Assembly (NCBI GenBank): GCA_964057225.1
Contig: OZ059900.1
Coordinates: 5,084,001 to 5,148,000 of the forward strand
Direction of reading: 5' to 3'
Source of the DNA: Auanema rhodensis
Taxonomy: Eukaryota; Animalia; Nematoda
DNA: 64,000 bases
Shown: piece after piece, positions 55,201-64,000 of the stretch
Numbering within the stretch: position 1 is the first letter of the stretch
How the letters are laid out: each line of letters starts with the position of its first letter
Notes under the pieces: generated by a model
Told to the model about the DNA's origin: nothing
What the model saw: the letters and a program-made list of their open reading frames with translations, nothing else
The model's database searches: none
Made by a program: the position numbers and the translations under genes

Positions 55201-58200
55201 AGCCATTCGCATGGCTTAATCCTTGAGGAAAGCTACAGCGCTGACAGATTCAATCAAGTTTAAAAAAAAAATTTTTTTTTTAATTCAGATGTTGAAACTG
55301 TTTAAAAATGTGTAAAAAATGTTTTGAGAGTATCGTGAAAACAAGTTGGGAAAAAAATTTTTTTGGGACTTGGAAATTTTTTTTGGTCTGTGAGAAATTC
55401 GCATGGGTTAATCGTTGAGGAGAGCTACAGCGCTGACAGATTCAATCAAGTTTTAAAAAAAATTTTTTTTTTCAATTCAGATGTTGAAACTCTTTAAAAA
55501 TGTGTAATAAATGTTTTGAGAGTATCGTGAAAACAAGTTGGAAAAAAAATTTTTTTTGGACTGTGAGCCATTCGCATGGCTTAATCCTTGAGGAAAGCTA
55601 CAGCGCTGACAGATTCAATCAAGTTTAAAAAAAAAATTTTTTTTTTTAATTCAGATGTTGAAACTCTTTAAAAATGTGTAATAAATGTTTTGAGAGTATC
55701 GTGAAAACCAGTTGGAAAAAAAATTTTTTTTGGACTGTGAGCCATTCGCATGGCTTAATCGTTGAGGAAAGCTACAGCGCTGACAGATTCAATCAAGTTT
55801 AAAAAAAAAATTTTTTTTTTAATTCAGATGTTGAAACTCTTTAAAAAGGTGTAATAAATGTTTTGAGAGTATCGTGAAAACCAGTTGGAAAAAAAATTTT
55901 TTTTGGACTGTGAGCCATTCGCATGGCTTAATCGTTGAGGAAAGCTACAGCGCTGACAGATTCAATCAAGTTTAAAAAAAAAATTTTTTTTTCAATTCAG
56001 ATGTTGAAACTCTTTAAAAATGTGTAAAAAATGTTTTGAGAGTATCGTGAAAACAAGTTGGGAAAAAAATTTTTTTGGGACTTGGAAATTTTTTTTGGAC
56101 TGTGAGCCATTCGCATGGCTTAATCCTTGAGGAAAGCTACAGCGCTGACAGATTCAATCAAGTTTAAAAAAAAAATTTTTTTTTTCAATTCAGATGTTGA
56201 AACTCTTTAAAAATGTGTAATAAATGTTTTGAGAGTATCGTGAAAACAAGTTGGAAAAAATTTTTTTTTTGGACTGTGAGCCATTTGCATGGCTTAATCC
56301 TTGAGGAAAGCTACAGCGCTGACAGATTCAATCAAGTTTAAAAAAAAATTTTTTTTTTCAATTCAGATGTTGAAACTCTTTAAAAATGTGTAATAAATGT
56401 TTTGAGAGTATCGTGAAAACAAGTTGGAAAAAAATTTTTTTTTGGTCTGTGAGCCATTCGCATGGGTTAATCGTTGAGGAGAGCTACAGCGCTGACAGAT
56501 TCAATCAAGTTTAAAAAAAAATTTTTTTTTTCAATTCAGATGTTGAAACTCTTTAAAAATGTGTAATAAATGTTTTGAGAGTATCGTGAAAACAAGTTGG
56601 AAAAAAATTTTTTTTTGGTCTGTGAGCCATTCGCATGGGTTAATCGTTGAGGAGAGCTACAGCGCTGACAGATTCAATCAAGTTTAAAAAAAAAATTTTT
56701 TTTTCAATTCAGATGTTGAAACTCTTTAAAAATGTGTAAAAAATGTTTTGAGAGTATCGTGAAAACAAGTTGGGAAAAAAATTTTTTTGGGACTTGGAAA
56801 TTTTTTTTGGACTGTGAGCCATTCGCATGGCTTAATCGTTGAGGAGAGCTACAGCGCTGACAGATTCAATCAAGTTTAAAAAAAAATTTTTTTTTTTCAA
56901 TTCAGATGTTGAAACTCTTTAAAAATGTGTAATAAATGTTTTGAGAGTATCGTGAAAACAAGTTGGAAAAAAATTTTTTTTTGGTCTGTGAGCCATTCGC
57001 ATGGGTTAATCGTTGAGGAGAGCTACAGCGCTGACAGATTCAATCAAGTTTAAAAAAAAAATTTTTTTTTCAATTCAGATGTTGAAACTCTTTAAAAATG
57101 TGTAAAAAATGTTTTGAGAGTATCGTGAAAACAAGTTGGGAAAAAAATTTTTTTGGGACTTGGAAATTTTTTTTGGTCTGTGAGCCATTCGCATGGGTTA
57201 ATCGTTGAGGAGAGCTACAGCGCTGACAGATTCAATCAAGTTTAAAAAAAAATTTTTTTTTTCAATTCAGATGTTGAAACTCTTTAAAAATGTGTAATAA
57301 ATGTTTTGAGAGTATCGTGAAAACAAGTTGGAAAAAAATTTTTTTTTGGACTGTGAGCCATTCGCATGGCTTAATCCTTGAGGAAAGCTACAGCGCTGAC
57401 AGATTCAATCAAGTTTAAAAAAAAATTTTTTTTTTTAATTCAGATGTTGAAACTCTTTAAAAAGGTGTAATAAATGTTTTGAGAGTATCGTGAAAACCAG
57501 TTGGAAAAAAAATTTTTTTTGGACTGTGAGCCATTCGCATGGCTTAATCGTTGAGGAAAGCTACAGCGCTGACAGATTCAATCAAGTTTAAAAAAAAAAT
57601 TTTTTTTTCAATTCAGATGTTGAAACTCTTTAAAAATGTGTAAAAAATGTTTTGAGAGTATCGTGAAAACAAGTTGGGAAAAAAATTTTTTTTTGGTCTG
57701 TGAGCCATTCGCATGGGTTAATCGTTGAGGAGAGCTACAGCGCTGACAGATTCAATCAAGTTTAAAAAAAAATTTTTTTTTCAATTCAGATGTTGAAACT
57801 CTTTAAAAATGTGTAATAAATGTTTTGAGAGTATCGTGAAAACAAGTTGGAAAAAAATTTTTTTTTGGACTGTGAGCCATTCGCATGGCTTAATCCTTGA
57901 GGAAAGCTACAGCGCTGACAGATTCAATCAAGTTTAAAAAAAAAATTTTTTTTTCAATTCAGATGTTGAAACTCTTTCAAAATGTGTAATAAATGTTTTG
58001 AGAGTATCGTGAAAACAAGTTGGAAAAAAATTATTTTTGGTCTGTGAGCCATTCGCATGGGTTAATCGTTGAGGAGAGCTACAGCGCTGACAGATTCAAT
58101 CAAGTTTAAAAAAAAAATTTTTTTTTCAATTCAGATGTTGAAACTCTTTAAAAATGTGTAAAAAATGTTTTGAGAGTATCGTGAAAACAAGTTGGGAAAA

Positions 58201-61200
58201 AAATTTTTTTGGGACTGTGAGCCATTCGCATGGCTTAATCGTTGAGGAGAGCTACAGCGCTGACAGATTCAATCAAGTTTAAAAAAAAATTTTTTTTTTC
58301 AATTCAGATGTTGAAACTCTTTAAAAATGTGTAAAAAATGTTTTGAGAGTATCGTGAAAACAAGTTGGGAAAAAAATTTTTTTGGGACTTGAAAATTTTT
58401 TTTGGTCTGTGAGAAATTCGCATGGGTTAATCGTTGAGGAGAGCTACAGCGCTGACAGATTCAATCAAGTTTAAAAAAAAATTTTTTTTTTCAATTCAGA
58501 TGTTGAAACTCTTTAAAAATGTGTAATAAATGTTTTGAGAGTATCGTGAAAACAAGTTGGAAAAAAATTATTTTTGGTCTGTGAGCCATTCGCATGGGTT
58601 AATCGTTGAGGAGAGCTACAGCGCTGACAGATTCAATCAAGTTTAAAAAAAAAATTTTTTTTTCAATTCAGATGTTGAAACTCTTTAAAAATGTGTAAAA
58701 AATGTTTTGAGAGTATCGTGAAAACAAGTTGGGAAAAAAATTTTTTTGGGACTTGGAAATTTTTTTTGGACTGTGAGCCATTCGCATGGCTTAATCGTTG
58801 AGGAGAGCTACAGCGCTGACAGATTCAATCAAGTTTAAAAAAAAATTTTTTTTTTCAATTCAGATGTTGAAACTCTTTAAAAATGTGTAATAAATGTTTT
58901 GAGAGTATCGTGAAAACAAGTTGGAAAAAAATTTTTTTTTGGTCTGTGAGCCATTCGCATGGGTTAATCGTTGAGGAGAGCTACAGCGCTGACAGATTCA
59001 ATCAAGTTTAAAAAAAAAATTTTTTTTTCAATTCAGATGTTGAAACTCTTTAAAAATGTGTAAAAAATGTTTTGAGAGTATCGTGAAAACAAGTTGGGAA
59101 AAAAATTTTTTTGGGACTTGAAAATTTTTTTTGGTCTGTGAGAAATTCGCATGGGTTAATCGTTGAGGAGAGCTACAGCGCTGACAGATTCAATCAAGTT
59201 TAAAAAAAAATTTTTTTTTTCAATTCAGATGTTGAAACTCTTTAAAAATGTGTAATAAATGTTTTGAGAGTATCGTGAAAACAAGTTGGAAAAAAATTTT
59301 TTTTTGGACTGTGAGCCATTCGAATGGCTTAATCCTTGAGGAAAGCTACAGCGCTGACAGATTCAATCAAGTTTAAAAAAAAAATTTTTTTTTCAATTCA
59401 GATGTTGAAACTCTTTAAAAATGTGTAATAAATGTTTTGAGAGTATCGTGAAAACAAGTTGGAAAAAAAATTTTTTTTGGACTGTGAGCCATTTGCATGG
59501 CTTAATCCTTGAGGAAAGCTACAGCGCTGACAGATTCAATCAAGTTTAAAAAAAAAATTTTTTTTTCAATTCAGATGTTGAAACTCTTTAAAAATGTGTA
59601 AAAAATGTTTTGAGAGTATCGTGAAAACAAGTTGGGAAAAAAATTTTTTTGGGACTTGGAAATTTTTTTTGGACTGTGAGCCATTCGCATGGGTTAATCG
59701 TTGAGGAGAGCTACAGCGCTGACAGATTCAATCAAGTTTAAAAAAAAAATTTTTTTTTCAATTCAGATGTTGAAACTCTTTAAAAATGTGTAAAAAATGT
59801 TTTGAGAGTATCGTGAAAACAAGTTGGGAAAAAAATTTTTTTGGGACTTGGAAATTTTTTTTGGACTGTGAGCCATTCGCATGGGTTAATCGTTGAGGAG
59901 AGCTACAGCGCTGACAGATTCAATCAAGTTTAAAAAAAAAATTTTTTTTTCAATTCAGATGTTGAAACTCTTTAAAAATGTGTAAAAAATGTTTTGAGAG
60001 TATCGTGAAAACAAGTTGGAAAAAAAATTTTTTTTGGACTGTGAGCCATTCGCATGGCTTAATCCTTGAGGAAAGCTACAGCGCTGACAGATTCAATCAA
60101 GTTTAAAAAAAAAATTTTTTTTTTTAATTCAGATGTTGAAACTCTTTAAAAAGGTGTAATAAATGTTTTGAGAGTATCGTGAAAACCAGTTGGAAAAAAA
60201 ATTTTTTTTGGACTGTGAGCCATTCGCATGGCTTAATCGTTGAGGAAAGCTACAGCGCTGACAGATTCAATCAAGTTTAAAAAAAAAATTTTTTTTTCAA
60301 TTCAGATGTTGAAACTCTTTAAAAATGTGTAAAAAATGTTTTGAGAGTATCGTGAAAACAAGTTGGGAAAAAAATTTTTTTTTGGTCTGTGAGCCATTCG
60401 CATGGGTTAATCGTTGAGGAGAGCTACAGCGCTGACAGATTCAATCAAGTTTAAAAAAAATTTTTTTTTTTCAATTCAGATGTTGAAACTCTTTAAAAAT
60501 GTGTAATAAATGTTTTGAGAGTATCGTGAAAACAAGTTGGAAAAAAATTATTTTTGGTCTGTGAGCCATTCGCATGGGTTAATCGTTGAGGAGAGCTACA
60601 GCGCTGACAGATTCAATCAAGTTTAAAAAAAAAATTTTTTTTTCAATTCAGATGTTGAAACTCTTTAAAAATGTGTAAAAAATGTTTTGAGAGTATCGTG
60701 AAAACAAGTTGGGAAAAAAATTTTTTTGGGACTTGGAAATTTTTTTTGGACTGTGAGCCATTCGCATGGCTTAATCGTTGAGGAGAGCTACAGCGCTGAC
60801 AGATTCAATCAAGTTTAAAAAAAAATTTTTTTTTTCAATTCAGATGTTGAAACTCTTTAAAAATGTGTAATAAATGTTTTGAGAGTATCGTGAAAACAAG
60901 TTGGAAAAAAATTTTTTTTTGGTCTGTGAGCCATTCGCATGGGTTAATCGTTGAGGAGAGCTACAGCGCTGACAGATTCAATCAAGTTTAAAAAAAAAAT
61001 TTTTTTTTCAATTCAGATGTTGAAACTCTTTAAAAATGTGTAAAAAATGTTTTGAGAGTATCGTGAAAACAAGTTGGGAAAAAAAATTTTTTGGGACTTG
61101 AAAATTTTTTTTGGTCTGTGAGAAATTCGCATGGGTTAATCGTTGAGGAGAGCTACAGCGCTGACAGATTCAATCAAGTTTAAAAAAAAATTTTTTTTTT

Positions 61201-64000
61201 CAATTCAGATGTTGAAACTCTTTAAAAATGTGTAATAAATGTTTTGAGAGTATCGTGAAAACAAGTTGGAAAAAAATTATTTTTGGTCTGTGAGCCATTC
61301 GCATGGGTTAATCGTTGAGGAGAGCTACAGCGCTGACAGATTCAATCAAGTTTAAAAAAAAAATTTTTTTTTCAATTCAGATGTTGAAACTCTTTAAAAA
61401 TGTGTAAAAAATGTTTTGAGAGTATCGTGAAAACAAGTTGGGAAAAAAATTTTTTTGGGACTTGGAAATTTTTTTTGGACTGTGAGCCATTCGCATGGCT
61501 TAATCGTTGAGGAGAGCTACAGCGCTGACAGATTCAATCAAGTTTAAAAAAAAATTTTTTTTTTCAATTCAGATGTTGAAACTCTTTAAAAATGTGTAAT
61601 AAATGTTTTGAGAGTATCGTGAAAACAAGTTGGAAAAAAATTTTTTTTTGGTCTGTGAGCCATTCGCATGGGTTAATCGTTGAGGAGAGCTACAGCGCTG
61701 ACAGATTCAATCAAGTTTAAAAAAAAATTTTTTTTTCAATTCAGATGTTGAAACTCTTTAAAAATGTGTAAAAAATGTTTTGAGAGTATCGTGAAAACAA
61801 GTTGGGAAAAAAATTTTTTTGGGAATTGAAAATTTTTTTTGGTCTGTGAGAAATTCGCATGGGTTAATCGTTGAGGAGAGCTACAGCGCTGACAGATTCA
61901 ATCAAGTTTAAAAAAAAATTTTTTTTTTCAATTCAGATGTTGAAACTCTTTAAAAATGTGTAATAAATGTTTTGAGAGTATCGTGAAAACAAGTTGGAAA
62001 AAAATTTTTTTTTGGACTGTGAGCCATTCGAATGGCTTAATCCTTGAGGAAAGCTACAGCGCTGACAGATTCAATCAAGTTTAAAAAAAAAATTTTTTTT
62101 TCAATTCAGATGTTGAAACTCTTTAAAAATGTGTAATAAATGTTTTGAGAGTATCGTGAAAACAAGTTGGAAAAAAAATTTTTTTTGGACTGTGAGCCAT
62201 TCGCATGGCTTAATCGTTGAGGAAAGCTACAGCGCTGACAGATTCAATCAAGTTTAAAAAAAAATTTTTTTTTTCAATTCAGATGTTGAAACTCTTTAAA
62301 AATGTGTAAAAAATGTTTTGAGAGTATCGTGAAAACAAGTTGGGAAAAAAATTTTTTTTTGGTCTGTGAGCCATTCGCATGGGTTAATCGTTGAGGAGAG
62401 CTACAGCGCTGACAGATTCAATCAAGTTTAAAAAAAAATTTTTTTTTTCAATTCAGATGTTGAAACTCTTTAAAAATGTGTAATAAATGTTTTGAGAGTA
62501 TCGTGAAAACAAGTTGGAAAAAAATTATTTTTGGTCTGTGAGCCATTCGCATGGGTTAATCGTTGAGGAGAGCTACAGCGCTGACAGATTCAATCAAGTT
62601 TAAAAAAAAATTTTTTTTTTCAATTCAGATGTTGAAACTCTTTAAAAATGTGTAAAAAATGTTTTGAGAGTATCGTGAAAACAAGTTGGGAAAAAAATTT
62701 TTTTGGGACTTGGAAATTTTTTTTGGACTGTGAGCCATTCGCATGGCTTAATCGTTGAGGAGAGCTACAGCGCTGACAGATTCAATCAAGTTTAAAAAAA
62801 AATTTTTTTTTTCAATTCAGATGTTGAAACTCTTTAAAAATGTGTAATAAATGTTTTGAGAGTATCGTGAAAACAAGTTGGAAAAAAATTTTTTTTTGGT
62901 CTGTGAGCCATTCGCATGGGTTAATCGTTGAGGAGAGCTACAGCGCTGACAGATTCAATCAAGTTTAAAAAAAAATTTTTTTTTCAATTCAGATGTTGAA
63001 ACTCTTTAAAAATGTGTAAAAAATGTTTTGAGAGTATCGTGAAAACAAGTTGGGGAAAAAATTTTTTTGGGACTTGAAAATTTTTTTTGGTCTGTGAGAA
63101 ATTCGCATGGGTTAATCGTTGAGGAGAGCTACAGCGCTGACAGATTCAATCAAGTTTAAAAAAAATTTTTTTTTTTCAATTCAGATGTTGAAACTCTTTA
63201 AAAATGTGTAATAAATGTTTTGAGAGTATCGTGAAAACAAGTTGGAAAAAAATTTTTTTTTGGACTGTGAGCCATTCGAATGGCTTAATCCTTGAGGAAA
63301 GCTACAGCGCTGACAGATTCAATCAAGTTTAAAAAAAAAATTTTTTTTTTTAATTCAGATGTTGAAACTCTTTAAAAAGGTGTAATAAATGTTTTGAGAG
63401 TATCGTGAAAACCAGTTGGGGAAAAAATTTTTTTGGGACTTGAAAATTTTTTTTGGTCTGTGAGAAATTCGCATGGGTTAATCGTTGAGGAGAGCTACAG
63501 CGCTGACAGATTCAATCAAGTTTAAAAAAAAATTTTTTTTTTCAATTCAGATGTTGAAACTCTTTAAAAATGTGTAATAAATGTTTTGAGAGTATCGTGA
63601 AAACAAGTTGGAAAAAAATTTTTTTTTGGACTGTGAGCCATTCGAATGGCTTAATCCTTGAGGAAAGCTACAGCGCTGACAGATTCAATCAAGTTTAAAA
63701 AAAAAATTTTTTTTTCAATTCAGATGTTGAAACTCTTTAAAAATGTGTAATAAATGTTTTGAGAGTATCGTGAAAACAAGTTGGAAAAAAATTTTTTTTT
63801 GGTCTGTGAGCCATTCGCATGGGTTAATCGTTGAGGAGAGCTACAGCGCTGACAGATTCAATGAAGTTTAAAAAAAAAATTTTTTTTTCAATTCAGATGT
63901 TGAAACTCTTTAAAAATGTGTAAAAAATGTTTTGAGAGTATCGTGAAAACAAGTTGGGAAAAAAATTTTTTTGGGACTTGAAAATTTTTTTTGGTCTGTG

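Larger units (their letters stand above)
1..64000. repeat. Tandem satellite DNA array, about 350 monomers of ~190 bp (long) and ~173 bp (short), all in the same orientation
   Basis: The anchor attcaatcaag recurs at 1, 191, 364, 556, 747, 937, 1127, 1300 and onward to the window end. Monomers differ only by a few SNPs, homopolymer lengths and a 19-bp indel. I saw no unique sequence. Confidence 0.99.
36500..64000. repeat. Variant domain C: mostly short monomers, with aaaaaggtgt/aaaaccagtt variants; catgggttaatcgttgaggagagct becomes frequent after ~52.5 kb
   Basis: aaaggtgt first appears at ~38211 and last at ~63378. tttctgg occurs at ~36911-47250 and gagaaattc from 55392 onward. Confidence 0.75.

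Noticed and set aside
1-64000. CRISPR-like or other repeat-spacer array
   Set aside because: There are no unique spacers, the entire unit repeats, and no cas or other genes are present.
1-64000. Transposon insertion, inversion or telomeric repeat within the array
   Set aside because: I saw no non-satellite sequence and no strand switch.
1-64000. Assignment as a functional centromere, or a purely artefactual assembly expansion
   Set aside because: Centromere function cannot be read from sequence, and nematodes such as C. elegans are holocentric. Structured, position-dependent SNP haplotypes argue for a real array, although individual duplications still need read support.

Overview
The whole 64 kb is one uninterrupted, head-to-tail, single-orientation, AT-rich tandem satellite array of roughly 350 monomers, open at both ends. 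It looks like eukaryotic satellite DNA, and I found no credible genes, transposons or CRISPR. There are two main monomer lengths, about 190-192 bp and about 172-174 bp, which differ by a 19-bp module (ggacttggaaatttttttt). There are also four 82-bp and one 107-bp deletion monomers. Diagnostic SNPs divide the array into successive variant domains, built from nested higher-order repeats and local tandem duplications of mostly 2.0-2.4 kb. The main observation is that the roughly 62-bp GC-richer core of every monomer, read on the minus strand (AACTTGATTGAATCTGTCAGCGCTGTAGCTTTCCTCAAGGATTAAGCCATGCGAATGGCTCA), looks like the 5' end of eukaryotic 18S rRNA. It carries a rhabditid-nematode-like helix-1 signature and an internal deletion joined at a TGC microhomology. 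The array therefore appears to be a satellite amplified from an 18S rDNA 5'-end fragment. The reference rRNA sequences were recalled from memory, so an alignment is needed to confirm this. All positions and offsets were counted by eye.
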